Positions 12,001 through 27,000 of a stretch of DNA of 64,000 nt are shown here, piece by piece; the first letter of the stretch is position 1; every line of letters begins with the position of its first letter. Below the pieces are notes generated by a model. The model ran no database searches and was not told the origin of the DNA. It was given only the letters and a program-made list of their open reading frames with translations. The translations under genes were made by a program, and so were the position numbers. Location of the stretch: contig OZ024743.1 in the NCBI GenBank assembly GCA_964016885.1, positions 312,046,001 through 312,110,000 on the forward strand, read 5' to 3'. Source of the stretch: Eledone cirrhosa. Lineage: Eukaryota.

Positions 12001-15000
12001 CATGTTGGTGCCACAACAAAAGAGTCTAGTCCACCCTGTAAAGTGATCACATTTGTGCCACAGCAAGAGAGTCTAGTCCACCCTGTAAAGTGATCACATT
12101 GGTGCCACAACAAAAGAATCTAGTCCACCCTGTAAAGTGGTCATGTTGGTGCCACAACAAATGAGTCTATTTCAACCTGTAAAGTGATCACGTTGGTGTC
12201 ACAACAAAAGAGTCTAGTCCACCCTGTAAAGTGGTCATGTTGGTGTCACAAGAAAAGAGTCTAGTCCACCCTGTAAAGTGGTCATGTTGGTGCCAGAACA
12301 AAAGAGTCTAGTCCACCCTGTAAAGTGGTCATGTTGGTGCCACAACAAAAGAATCTAGTCCACCCTGTAAAGTGGTCATGTTGGTTTCACAACAGAAGAG
12401 TCTAGTCCACCCTGTAAAGTGATCACATTGGTGCCACAACAAAAGAGTCTAGTCCACCCTGTAAAGTGGTCATGTTGGTCCCACAACAAAAGAGTCTAGT
12501 CCACCCTGTAAAGTGGTCATGTTGGTGCCACAACAAAAGAATCTAGTCCACCCTGTAAAGGGGTCATGTTGGTGCCACAACAAAAGAGTCTAGTCCACCC
12601 TGTAAAGTGGTCATGTTGGTGTCACAACAAAAGAGTCTAGTCCACCCTGTAAAGTGGTAATGTTGGTGTCACAACAAAAGACTCTAGTCCACCCTGTAAA
12701 GTGATCACATTGGTGCCACAACAAAAGAGTCTAGTCCACCCTGTAAAGTGGTCATGTTGGTGCCACAACATAAGAGTCTAGTCCACCCTGTAAAGTGGTC
12801 ATGTTGGTGCAACAACAAAAGAATCTAGTCCACCCTGTAAAGTGGTCATGTTAGTTTCACAACAAAAGAGTCTAGTCCACACTGTAAAGTGGTCATGTTG
12901 GTGCCACAACAAAAGAGTCTAGTCCACCCTATAAAGTGGCCATGTTGGTGCCACAACAAAATAGTCTAGTCCACACTGTAAAGTGATCACATTTGTGCCA
13001 CAGTAAAAGAGTCTAGTCCACCCTGTAAAGTGATCACATTGGTGCCACAACAAAAGAGTCTAGTCCATCCTGTAAAGTGGTCATGTTGGTGCCACAACAA
13101 AAGAGTCTAGTCCACCCTGTAAAGTGGTCTTGTTGGTATCGCAACAAAAGAGTCTAGTCCACTCTGTAAAGTGGTCATGTTGGTGCCACAACAAAAGAGT
13201 CTAGTCCACCCAGTAAAGTGATCACATTGGTGTCACAAGAGTCTAGTCCACCCTGTAAAGTGGTCATGTTGGTGTCACAACAGAAGAGAGTAGTCCACCC
13301 TGTAAAGTGGTCATGTTGGTGCAACAACAAAAGAGTCTAGTCCACCCTGTAAAGTGGTCATGTTGGTGTCACAACAAAAGAGACTAGTCCACCCTGTAAA
13401 GTGGTCATGTTGGTGCAACAACAAAAGAGTCTAGTCCACCCTGTAAAGTGGTCACATTGGTGCCACAACAAAAGAATCTAGTCCACCCTGTAAAGTGGTC
13501 ATGTTGGTTTCACAACAAAAGAGTCTAGTCCACCCTGTAAAGTGATCACATTGGTGCCACAACAAAAGAGTCTAGTCCACCCTGTAAAGTGGTCATGTTG
13601 GTTTCACAACCAAAGAGTCTAGTCCACCCTGTAAAGTGGTCATGTTGGTGTCACAACAAAAGAGTCTAGTCCACCCTGTAAAGTGGTAATGTTGGTGTCA
13701 CAACAAAAGACTCTAGTCCACCCTGTAAAGTGATCACATTGGTGCCACAACAAAAGAGTCTAGTCCACCCTGTAAAGTGGTCATGTTGGTGCCACAACAT
13801 AAGAGTCTATTCGACCCTGTAAAGTGGTCATGTTGGTGCAACAACAAAAGAATCTAGTCCACCCTGTAAAGTAGTCATGTTGGTTTCACAACAAAATAGT
13901 CTAGTCCACACTGTAAAGTGGTCATGTTGGTGCCACAACAAAAGAATCTAGTCCACCCTGTAAAGTGGTCATGTTGGTGCCACAACAAAACAGTCTAGTC
14001 CACCCTGTAAAGTGGTCATGTTGGTGCCACAACAAAAGAGTCTAGTCCACCCTGTAAAGTGGTCATGTTGGTGCCACAACAAAAGAGTCTAGTCCACCCT
14101 GTAAAGTGATCACATTTGTGCCACAGCAAAAGAGTCTAGTCCACCCTGTAAAGTGATCACATTGGTGCCACAACAAAAGAATCTAGTCCACCCTGTAAAG
14201 TGGTCATGTTGGTGTCACAACAAAAGAGTCTAGTCCACCCTGTAAAGCGGTCATGTTGGTGCCACAACAAAAGAGTCTAGTCCACCCTGTAAAGTGGTCA
14301 TGTTGGTGCCACAACAAAAGAATCTAGTCCACCCTGTAAAGTGGTCATGTTGGTGCCACAACAAAAGACTCTAGTCCACCCTGTAAAGTGATCACATTGG
14401 TGCCACGACAAAAGAGTCTAGTCCACCCTGTAAAGTGGTCATGTTGGTGCCACAACATAAGAGTCTAGTCCACCCTGTAAAGTGGTCATGTTGGTGCAAC
14501 AACAAAAGAATCTAGTCCACCCTGTAAAGTGGTCATGTTAGTTTTACAACAAAAGAGTCTAGTCCACACTGTAAAGTGGTCATGTTGGTGCCACAACAAA
14601 AGAGTCTAGTCCACCCTATAAAGTGGTCATGTTGGTGCCACAACAAAATAGTCTAGTCCACCCTGTAAAGTGCTCACATTTGTGCCACAGCAAATGAGTC
14701 TAGTCCACCCTGTAAAGTGATCACATTGGTGCCACAACAAAAGAGTCTAGTCCACCCTGTAAAGTGGTCTTGTTGGTATCACAACAAAAGAGTCTAGTCC
14801 ACTCTGTAAAGTGGTCATGTTGGTGCCACAACAAAAGAGACTAGTCCACCCAGTAAAGTGATCACATTGGTGTCACAACAAGAGTCTAGTCCACCCTGTA
14901 AAGTGGTCATGTTGGTGTCACAACAAAAGAGACTAGTCCACCCTGTAAAGTGGTCATGTTGGTGTCACAACAAAAGAGTCTAGTCCACCCTGTAAAGCGG

Positions 15001-18000
15001 TCATGTTGGTGCCACAACAAAAGAGTCTAGTCCACCCTGTAAAGTGGTCATGTTGGTGCCACAACAAAAGAATCTAGTCCACCCTGTAAAGTGGTCATGT
15101 TGGTTTCACAACAGAAGAGTCTAGTCCACCCTTTAAAGTGATCACATTGGTGCCACAACAAAAGAGTCTAGTCCACCCTGTAAAGTGGTCATGTTGGTGC
15201 CACAACATAAGAGTCTAGTCCACCCTGTAAAGTGGTCATGTTGGTGCAACAACAAAAGAATCTAGTCCACCCTGTAAAGTAGTCATGTTGGTTTCACAAC
15301 AAAAGAGTCTAGTCCACACTGTAAAGTGGTCATGTTGGTGCCACAACAAACGAGTCTAGTCCACCCTGTAAAGTGGTCATGTTGGTTCCACAACAAAAGA
15401 GTCTAGTCCACCCTGTAAAGTGGTCATGTTGGTGCCACAACAAAAGAGTCTAGTCCACCCTGTAAAGTGGTCATGTTGGTCCCACAACAAAATAGTCTAG
15501 TCCACCCTGTAAAGTGATCACATTTGTGCCACAGCAAAAGAGTCTAGTCCACCCTGTAAAGTGATCACATTGGTGCCACAACAAAAGAGTCTAGTCCACC
15601 CTGTAAAGTGGTCATGTTGGTGCCACAACAAAAGAGTCTAGTCCACCCTGTAAAGTGGTCTTGTTTGTATCACAACAAAAGAGTCTAGTCCACCCTGTAA
15701 AGTGGTCATGTTGGTGCCACAACAAAAGAGTCTAGTCCACCCTGTAAAGTGATCACATTGGTGCCACAACAAAATTGTCTACTCCACCCTGTAAAGTGGT
15801 CATGTTGGTGCCACAACAAAAGAGTCTAGGCCACTCTGTAAAGTGGTCATGTTGGTGCCACAACAAAAGAGTCTAGTCCACCCAGTAAAGTGATCACATT
15901 GGTGTCACAACAAAAGAGTCTAGTCCACCCTGTAAAGTGGTCATGTTGGTGCCACAACATAAGAGTCTATTCCACCCTGTAAAGTGGTCATGTTGGTGCA
16001 ACAACAAAAGAATCTAGTCCACCCTGTAAAGTAGTCATGTTGGTTTCACAACAAAATAGTCTAGTCCACACTGTAAAGTGGTCATGTTGGTGCCACAACA
16101 AAAGAATCTAGTCCACCCTGTAAAGTGGTCATGTTGGTGCCACAACAAAACAGTCTAGTCCACCCTGTAAAGAGGTCATGTTGGTGCCACAACAAAAGAG
16201 TCTAGTCCACCCTGTAAAGTGGTCATGTTGGTGCCACAACAAAAGAGTCTAGTCCACCCTGTAAAGTGATCACATTTGTGCCACAGCAAAAGAGTCTAGT
16301 CCACCCTGTAAAGTGATCACATTGGTGCCACAACAAAAGAATCTAGTCCACCCTGTAAAGTGGTCATGTTGGTGTCACAACAAAAGAGTCTAGTCCACCC
16401 TGTAAAGCGGTCATGTTGGTGCCACAACAAAAGAGTCTAGTCCACCCTGTAAAGTGGTCATGTTGGTGCCACAACAAAAGAATCTAGTCCACCCTGTAAA
16501 GTGGTCATGTTGGTGCCACAACAAAAGACTCTAGTCCACCCTGTAAAGTGATCACATTGGTGCCACGACAAAAGAGTCTAGTCCACCCTGTAAAGTGGTC
16601 ATGTTGGTGCCACAACATAAGAGTCTAGTCCACCCTGTAAAGTGGTCATGTTGGTGCAACAACAAAAGAATCTAGTCCACCCTGTAAAGTGGTCATGTTA
16701 GTTTTACAACAAAAGAGTCTAGTCCACACTGTAAAGTGGTCATGTTGGTGCCACAACAAAAGAGTCTAGTCCACCCTATAAAGTGGTCATGTTGGTGCCA
16801 CAACAAAATAGTCTAGTCCACCCTGTAAAGTGATCACATTTGTGCCACAGCAAATGAGTCTAGTCCACCCTGTAAAGTGATCACATTGGTGCCACAACAA
16901 AAGAGTCTAGTCCACCCTGTAAAGTGGTCTTGTTGGTATCACAACAAAAGAGTCTAGTCCACTCTGTAAAGTGGTCATGTTTGTGCCACAACAAAAGAGA
17001 CTAGTCCACCCAGTAAAGTGATCACATTGGTGTCACAACAAGAGTCTAGTCCACCCTGTAAAGTGGTCATGTTGGTGTCACAACAAAAGAGACTAGTCCA
17101 CCCTGTAAAGTGATCACATTGGTGCCACAACAAAAGAGTCTAGTCCACCCTGTAAAGTGGTCATGTTGGTGCCACAACATAAGAGTCTAGTCCACCCTGT
17201 AAAGTGGTCATGTTGGTGCAACAACAAAAGAATCTAGTCCACCCTGTAAAGTAGTCATGTTGGTTTCACAACAAAAGAGTCTAGTCCACACTGTAAAGTG
17301 GTCATGTTGGTGCCACAACAAACGAGTCTAGTCCACCCTGTAAAGTGGTCATGTTGGTTCCACAACAAAAGAGTCTAGTCCACCCTGTAAAGTGGTCATG
17401 TTGGTGCCACAACAAAAGAGTCTAGTCCACCCTGTAAAGTGGTCATGTTGGTCCCACAACAAAATAGTCTAGTCCACCCTGTAAAGTGATCACATTTGTG
17501 CCACAGCAAAAGAGTCTAGTCCACCCTGTAAAGTGATCACATTGGTGCCACAACAAAAGAGTCTAGTCCACCCTGTAAAGTGGTCATGTTGGTGCCACAA
17601 CAAAAGAGTCTAGTCCACCCTGTAAAGTGGTCTTGTTTGTATCACAACAAAAGAGTCTAGTCCACCCTGTAAAGTGGTCATGTTGGTGCATCAACAAAAG
17701 AGTCTAGTCCACCCTGTAAAGTGATCACATTGGTGCCACATCAAAATTGTCTACTCCACCCTGTAAAGTGGTCATGTTGGTGCCACAACAAAAGAGTCTA
17801 GTCCACTCTGTAAAGTGGTCATGTTGGTGCCACAACAAAAGAGTCTAGTCCACCCAGTAAAGTGATCACATTGGTGTCACAACAAAAGAATCTAGTCCAC
17901 CCTGTAAAGTGGTCATGTTGGTGCCACAACAAAAGAGTCTAGTCCACCCTGTAAAGTGGTCATGTTGGTGCCACAACAAAAGAGTCTAGTCCACCCTGTA

Positions 18001-21000
18001 AAGTGGTCATGTTGGTTTCACAACAAAATAGTCTAGTCCACCCTGTAAAGTGATCACATTGGTGCCACAACAAAAGAGTCTAGTCCACCCTGTAAAGTGG
18101 TCATGTTGGTGCCACAACAAAAGAATCTAGTCCACCCTGTAAAGTGGTCATGTTGGTGCCACAACAAAAGAGTCTAGTCCACCCTGTAAAGTGGTCATGT
18201 TGGTGCCACAACAAAAGAGTCTAGTCCACCCTGTAAAGTGATCACATTGGTGCCACAACAAAAGAGTCTAGTCCACCCTGTAAAGTGATCACATTGGTGT
18301 CACAACAAGAGTCTAGTCCACCCTGTAAAGTGGTCATGTTGGTGTCACAACAAAAGAGACTAGTCCACCCTGTAAAGTGGTCATGTTGGTGCAACAACAA
18401 AAGAGTCTAGTCCACCCTGTAAAGTGGTCATGTTGGTGCCACAACAAAAGAATCTAGTCCACCCTGTAAAGTGGTCATGTTGGTTTCACAACAAAAGAGT
18501 CTAGTCCACCCTGTAAAGTGATCACATTGGTGCCACAACAAAAGAGTCTAGTCCACCCTGTAAAGTGGTCATGTTGGTTTCACAACCAAAGAGTCTAGTC
18601 CACCCTGTAAAGTGGTAATGTTGGTGTCACAACAAAAGACTCTAGTCCACCCTGTAAAGTGATCACATTGGTGCCACAACAAAAGAGTCTAGTCCACCCT
18701 GTAAAGTGGTCATGTTGGTGCCACAACATAAGAGTCTAGTCCACCCTGTAAAGTAGTCATGTTGGTTTCACAACAAAAGAGTCTAGTCCACACTGTAAAG
18801 TGGTCATGTTGCTGTCACAACAAAAGACTCTAGTCCACCCTGTAAAGTGATCACATTGGTGCCACAACAAAAGAGTCTAGTCCACCCTGTAAAGTGGTCA
18901 TGTTGGTGCCACAACATAAGAGTCTAGTCCACCCTGTAAAGTGGTCATGTTGGTGCAACAACAAAAGAATCTAGTCCACCCTGTAAAGTAGTCATGTTGG
19001 TTTCACAACAAAAGAGTCTAGTCCACACTGTAAAGTGGTCATGTTGGTGCCACAACAAAAGAATCTAATCCACCCTGTAAAGTGGTCATGTTGGTGCCAC
19101 AACAAAAGAGTCTAGTCCACCCTGTAAAGTGGTCATGTTGGTTCCACAACAAAAGAGTCTAGTCCACCCTGTAAAGTGGTCATGTTGGTGCCACAACAAA
19201 AGAGTCTAGTCCACCCTGTAAAGTGATCACATTTGTGCCACAGCAAGAGAGTCTAGTCCACCCTGTAAAGTGATCACATTGGTGCCACAACAAAAGAATC
19301 TAGTCCACCCTGTAAAGTGGTCATGTTGGTGCCACAACAAATGAGTCTATTTCAACCTGTAAAGTGATCACGTTGGTGTCACAACAAAAGAGTCTAGTCC
19401 ACCCTGTAAAGTGGTCATGTTGGTGTCACAAGAAAAGAGTCTAGTCCACCCTGTAAAGTGGTCATGTTGGTGCCAGAACAAAAGAGTCTAGTCCACCCTG
19501 TAAAGTGGTCATGTTGGTGCCACAACAAAAGAATCTAGTCCACCCTGTAAAGTGGTCATGCTGGTTTCACAACAGAAGAGTCTAGTCCACCCTGTAAAGT
19601 GATCACATTGGTGCCACAACAAAAGAGTCTAGTCCACCCTGTAAAGTGGTCATGTTGGTCCCACAACAAAAGAGTCTAGTCCACCCTGTAAAGTGGTCAT
19701 GTTGGTGCCACAACAAAAGAATCTAGTCCACCCTGTAAAGGGGTCATGTTGGTGCCACAACAAAAGAGTCTAGTCCACCCTGTAAAGTGGTCATGTTGGT
19801 GTCACAACAAAAGAGTCTAGTCCACCCTGTAAAGTGGTAATGTTGGTGTCACAACAAAAGACTCTAGTCCACCCTGTAAAGTGATCACATTGGTGCCACA
19901 ACAAAAGAGTCTAGTCCACCCTGTAAAGTGGTCATGTTGGTGCAACAACAAAAGAATCTAGTCCACCCTGTAAAGTGGTCATGTTAGTTTCACAACAAAA
20001 GAGTCTAGTCCACACTGTAAAGTGGTCATGTTGGTGCCACAACAAAAGAGTCTAGTCCACCCTATAAAGTGGCCATGTTGGTGTCACAACAAAATAGTCT
20101 AGTCCACACTGTAAAGTGATCACATTTGTGCCACAGTAAAAGAGTCTAGTCCACCCTGTAAAGTGATCACATTGGTGCCACAACAAAAGAGTCTAGTCCA
20201 TCCTGTAAAGTGGTCATGTTGGTGCCACAACAAAAGAGTCTAGTCCACCCTGTAAAGTGGTCTTGTTGGTATCGCAACAAAAGAGTCTAGTCCACTCTGT
20301 AAAGTGGTCATGTTGGTGCCACAACAAAAGAGTCTAGTCCACCCAGTAAAGTGATCACATTGGTGTCACAAGAGTCTAGTCCACCCTGTAAAGTGGTCAT
20401 GTTGGTGTCACAACAGAAGAGACTAGTCCACCCTGTAAAGTGGTCATGTTGGTGCAACAACAAAAGAGTCTAGTCCACCCTGTAAAGTGGTCATGTTGGT
20501 GTCACAACAGAAGAGACTAGTCCACCCTGTAAAGTGGTCATGTTGGTGCAACAACAAAAGAGTCTAGTCCACACTGTAAAGTGATCACATTTGTGCCACA
20601 GTAAAAGAGTCTAGTCCACCCTGTAAAGTGATCACATTGGTGCCACAACAAAAGAATCTAGTCCACCCTGTAAAGTGGTCATGTTGGTGTCACAACAAAA
20701 GAGTCTAGTCCACCCTGTAAAGCGGTCATGTTGGTGCCACAACAAAAGAGTCTAGTCCACCCTGTAAAGTGGTCATGTTGGTGCCACAACAAAAGAATCT
20801 AGTCCACCCTGTAAAGTGGTCATGTTGGTGCCACAACAAAAGACTCTAGTCCACCCTGTAAAGTGATCACATTGGTGCCACGACAAAAGAGTCTAGTCCA
20901 CCCTGTAAAGTGGTCATGTTGGTGCCACAACATAAGAGTCTAGTCCACCCTGTAAAGTGGTCATGTTGGTGCAACAACAAAAGAATCTAGTCCACCCTGT

Positions 21001-24000
21001 AAAGTGGTCATGTTAGTTTTACAACAAAAGAGTCTAGTCCACACTGTAAAGTGGTCATGTTGGTGCCACAACAAAAGAGTCTAGTCCACCCTATAAAGTG
21101 GTCATGTTGGTGCCACAACAAAATAGTCTAGTCCACCCTGTAAAGTGATCACATTTGTGCCACAGCAAATGAGTCTAGTCCACCCTGTAAAGTGATCACA
21201 TTGGTGCCACAACAAAAGAGTCTAGTCCACCCTGTAAAGTGGTCTTGTTGGTATCACAACAAAAGAGTCTAGTCCACTCTGTAAAGTGGTCATGTTGGTG
21301 CCACAACAAAAGAGACTAGTCCACCCAGTAAAGTGATCACATTGGTGTCACAACAAGAGTCTAGTCCACCCTGTAAAGTGGTCATGTTGGTGTCACAACA
21401 AAAGAGACTAGTCCACCCTGTAAAGTGGTCATGTTGGTGTCACAACAAAAGAGTCTAGTCCACCCTGTAAAGCGGTCATGTTGGTGCCACAACAAAAGAG
21501 TCTAGTCCACCCTGTAAAGTGGTCATGTTGGTGCCACAACAAAAGAATCTAGTCCACCCTGTAAAGTGGTCATGTTGGTTTCACAACAGAAGAGTCTAGT
21601 CCACCCTGTAAAGTGATCACATTGGTGCCACAACAAAAGAGTCTAGTCCACCCTGTAAAGTGGTCATGTTGGTGCCACAACATAAGAGTCTAGTCCACCC
21701 TGTAAAGTGGTCATGTTGGTGCAACAACAAAAGAATCTAGTCCACCCTATAAAGTAGTCATGTTGGTTTCACAACAAAAGAGTCTAGTCCACACTGTAAA
21801 GTGGTCATGTTGGTGCCACAACAAACGAGTCTAGTCCACCCTGTAAAGTGGTCATGTTGGTTCCACAACAAAAGAGTCTAGTCCACCCTGTAAAGTGGTT
21901 ATGTTGGTGCCACAACAAAAGAGTCTAGTCCACCCTGTAAAGTGGTCATGTTGGTCCCACAACAAAATAGTCTAGTCCACCCTGTAAAGTGATCACATTT
22001 GTGCCACAGCAAAAGAGTCTAGTCCACCCTGTAAAGTGATCACATTGGTGCCACAACAAAAGAGTCTAGTCCACCCTGTAAAGTGGTCATGTTGGTGCCA
22101 CAACAAAATAGTCTAGTCCACCCTGTAAAGTGGTCTTGTTTGTATCACAACAAAAGAGTCTAGTCCACCCTGTAAAGTGGTCATGTTGGTGCCACAACAA
22201 AAGAGTCTAGTCCACCCTGTAAAGTGATCACATTGGTGCCACAACAAAATTGTCTACTCCACCCTGTAAAGTGGTCATGTTGGTGCCACAACAAAAGAGT
22301 CTAGTCCACTCTGTAAAGTGGTCATGTTGGTGCCACAACAAAAGAGTCTAGTCCACCCAGTAAAGTGATCACATTGGTGTCACAACAAAAGAGTCTAGTC
22401 CAACCTGTAAAGTGGTCATGTTGGTGTCACAACAAAAGAGTCTAGTCTACCCTGTAAAGTGGTCATGTTGGTGCAACAACAAAAGAGTCTAGTCCACCCT
22501 GTAAAGTGGTCATGCTGGTGCCACAACAAAAGAATCTAGTCCACCCTGTAAAGTGGTCATGTTGGTTTCACAACAAAATAGTCTAGTCCACCCTGTAAAG
22601 TGATCACATTGGTGCCACAACAAAAGAGTCTAGTCCACCCTGTAAAGTGGTCATGTTGGTGCCACAACAAAAGAATCTAGTCCACCCTGTAAAGTGGTCA
22701 TGTTGGTGCCACAACAAAAGAGTCTAGTCCACCCTGTAAAGTGGTCATGTTGGTGCCACAACAAAAGAGTCTAGTCCACCCTGTAAAGTGGTCATGTTGG
22801 TTTCACAACAAAATAGTCTAGTCCACCCTGTAAAGTGATCACATTGGTGCCACAACAAAAGAGTCTAGTCCACCCTGTAAAGTGGTCATGTTGGTGCCAC
22901 AACAAAAGAATCTAGTCCACCCTGTAAAGTGGTCATGTTGGTGCCACAACAAAAGAGTCTAGTCCACCCTGTAAAGTGGTCATGTTGGTGCCACAACAAA
23001 AGAGTCTAGTCCACCCTGTAAAGTGGTCATGTTGGTGCCACAACAAAAGAGTCTAGTCCACCCTGTAAAGTGATCACATTGGTGCCACAACAAAAGAGTC
23101 TAGTCCACCCTGTAAAGTGGTCATGTTGGTGCCACAACAAATGAGTCTATTTCAACCTGTAAAGTGATCACGTTGGTGTCACAACAAAAGAGTCTAGTCC
23201 ACCCTGTAAAGTGGTCATGTTGGTGTCACAACAAAAGAGTCTAGTCCACCCTGTAAAGTGGTCATGTTGGTGCCACAACAAAAGAGTCTAGTCCACCCTG
23301 TAAAGTGGTCATGTTGGTGTCACAACAAAAGAGTCTAGTCCACCCTGTAAAGTTGTCATGTTGGTGCCACAACAAAAGAGTCTAGTCCACCCTGTAAAGT
23401 GGTCATGTTGATGTCACAACAAAAGAGTCTAGTCCACCCTGTAAAGTGGTCATGTTGGTGCCACAACAAAAGAATCTAGTCCACCCTGTAAAGTGGTCAT
23501 GTTGGTTTCACAACAGAAGAGTCTAGTCCACCCTGTAAAGTGATCACATTGGTGCCACAACAAAAGAGTCTAGTCCACCCTGTAAAGTGGTCATGTTGGT
23601 GCCACAACAGAAGAGTCTAGTCCACCCTGTAAAGTGGTCATGTTGGTGCCACAACAAAAGAGTCTAGTCCACCCTGTAAAGGGGTCATGTTGGTGCCACA
23701 ACAAAAGAGTCTAGTCCACCCTGTAAAGTGGTCATGTTGGTGTCACAACAAAAGAGTCTAGTCCACCCTGTAAAGTGGTAATGTTGCTGTCACAACAAAA
23801 GACTCTAGTCCACCCTGTAAAGTGATCACATTGGTGCCACAACAAAAGAGTCTAGTCCACCCTGTAAAGTGGTCATGTTGGTGCCACAACATAAGAGTCT
23901 AGTCCACCCTGTAAAGTGGTCATGTTGGTGCAACAACAAAAGAATCTAGTCCACCCTGTAAAGTGGTCATGTTAGTTTCACAACAAAAGAGTCTAGTCCA

Positions 24001-27000
24001 CACTGTAAAGTGGTCATGTTGGTGCCACAACAAAAGAGTCTAGTCCACCCTATAAAGTGGTCATGTTGGTGCCACAACAAAATAGTCTAGTCCACCCTGT
24101 AAAGTGATCACATTGGTCCCACAACAAAAGAGTCTAGTCCATCCTGTAAAGTGGTCATGCTGGTGCCACAACAAAAGAATCTAGTCCACCCTGTAAAGTG
24201 GTCATGTTGGTTTCACAACAAAATAGTCTAGTCCACCCTGTAAGGTGATCACGTTGGTGCCACAACAAAAGAGTCTAGTCCACCCTGTAAAGTGGTCATG
24301 CTGGTGCCACAACAAAAGAATCTAGTCCACCCTGTAAAGTGGTCATGTTGGTTTCACAACAAAATAGTCTAGTCCACCCTGTAAAGTGATCACGTTGGTG
24401 CCACAACAAAAGAGTCTAGTCCACCCTGTAAAGTGGTCATGTTGGTGCCACAACAAAAGAATCTAGTCCACCCTGTAAAGTGGTCATGTTGGTGCCACAA
24501 CAAAAGAGTCTAGTCCACCCTGTAAAGTGGTCATGTTGGTGCCACAACAAAAGAGTCTAGTCCACCCTGTAAAGTGGTCATGTTGGTGCCACAACAAAAG
24601 AGTCTAGTCCACCCTGTAAAGTGATCACATTGGTGCCACAACAAAAGAGTCTAGTCCACCCTGTAAAGTGGTCATGTTGGTGCCACAACAAATGAGTCTA
24701 TTTCAACCTGTAAAGTGATCACGTTGGTGTCACAACAAAAGAGTCTAGTCCACCCTGTAAAGTGGTCATGTTGGTGTCACAACAAAAGAGTCTAGTCCAC
24801 CCTGTAAAGTGGTCATGTTGGTGCCACAACAAAAGAATCTAGTCCACCCTGTAAAGTGGTCATGTTGGTGTCACAACAAAAGAGTCTAGTCCACCCTGTA
24901 AAGTTGTCATGTTGGTGCCACAACAAAAGAGTCTAGTCCACCCTGTAAAGTGGTCATGTTGATGTCACAACAAAAGAGTCTAGTCCACCCTGTAAAGTGG
25001 TCATGTTGGTGCCACAACAAAAGAATCTAGTCCACCCTGTAAAGTGGTCATGTTGGTTTCACAACAGAAGAGTCTAGTCCACCCTGTAAAGTGATCACAT
25101 TGGTGCCACAACAAAAGAGTCTAGTCCACCCTGTAAAGTGGTCATGTTGGTGCCACAACAGAAGAGTCTAGTCCACCCTGTAAAGTGGTCATGTTGGTGC
25201 CACAACAAAAGAGTCTAGTCCACCCTGTAAAGGGGTCATGTTGGTGCCACAACAAAAGAGTCTAGTCCACCCTGTAAAGTGGTAATTTTGGTGTCACAAC
25301 AAAAGACTCTAGTCCACCCTGTAAATTGATCACATTGGTGCCACAACAAAAGAGTCTAGTCCACCCTGTAAAGTGGTCATGTTGGTGCCACAACATAAGA
25401 GTCTAGTCCACCCTGTAAAGTGGTCATGTTGGTGCCACAACAAAAGAATCTAGTCCACCCTGTAAAGTGGTCATGTTAGTTTCACAACAAAAGAGTCTAG
25501 TCCACACTGTAAAGTGGTCATGTTGGTGCCACAACAAAAGAGTCTAGTCCACCCTATAAAGTGGTCATGTTGGTGCCACAACAAAATAGTCTAGTCCACC
25601 CTGTAAAGTGATCACATTGGTCCCACAACAAAAGAGTCTAGTCCATCCTGTAAAGTGGTCATGCTGGTGCCACAACAAAAGAATCTAGTCCACCCTGTAA
25701 AGTGGTCATGTTGGTTTCACAACAAAATAGTCTAGTCCACCCTGTAAAGTGATCACGTTGGTGCCACAACAAAAGAGTCTAGTCCACCCTGTAAAGTGGT
25801 CATGCTGGTGCCACAACAAAAGAATCTAGTCCACCCTGTAAAGTGGTCATGTTGGTTTCACAACAAAATAGTCTAGTCCACCCTGTAAAGTGATCACGTT
25901 GGTGCCACAACAAAAGAGTCTAGTCCACCCTGTAAAGTGGTCATGTTGGTGCCACAACAAAAGAATCTAGTCCACCCTGTAAAGTGGTCATGTTGGTGCC
26001 ACAACAAAAGAGTCTAGTCCACCCTGTAAAGTGGTCATGTTGGTGCCACAACAAAAGAGTCTAGTCCACCCTGTAAAGTGGTCATGTTGGTGCCACAACA
26101 AAAGAGTCTAGTCCACCCTGTAAAGTGATCACATTTGTGCCACAGCAAAAGAGTCTAGTCCACCCTGTAAAGTGATCACGTTGGTGCCACAACAAAAGAA
26201 TCTAGTCCACCCTGTAAAGTGGTCATATTGGTGCCACAACAAATGAGTCTATTTCAACCTGTAAAGTGATCACGTTGGTATCACAACAAAAGAGTCTAGT
26301 CCACCCTGTAAAGTGGTCATGTTGGTGTAACAAGAAAAGAGTCTAGTCCACCCTGTAAAGTGGTCATGTTGGTACCACAACAAAAGAGTCTAGTCCACCA
26401 TGTAAAGTAGTCATGTTGGTGCTACAACAAAAGAATCTAGTCCACCCTGTAAAGTGGTCATGTTGGTGTCACAACAAAAGACTCTAGTCCACCCTGTAAA
26501 GTGATCACATTGGTGCCACAAAAAAAGAGTCTAGTCCACCCTGTAAAGTGGTCATGTTGGTACCACAACAGAAGAGTCTAGTCCACCCTGTAAAGTGATC
26601 ACATTGGTGCCACAACAAAAGAGTCTAGTCCACCCTGTAAAGTGGTCATGTTGGTGCCACAACAAAAGAGTCTAGTCCACCCTGTAAAGTGGTCATGTTG
26701 GTGCCACAACAAAAGAGTTTAGTCCACCCTGTAAAGGGGTCATGTTGGTGCCACAACAAAAGAGTCTAGTCCACCCTGTAAAGTGGTCATGTTGGTGTCA
26801 CAACAAAAGAGTCTAGTCCACCCTGTAAAGTGGTAATGTTGGTGTCACAACAAAAGACTCTAGTCCACCCTGTAAAGTGATCACATTGGTGCCACAACAA
26901 AAGAGTCTAGTCCACCCTGTAAAGTGGTCATGTTGGTGCCACAACATAAGAGTCTAGTCCACCCTGTAAAGTGGTCATGTTGGTGCAACAACAAAAGAAT

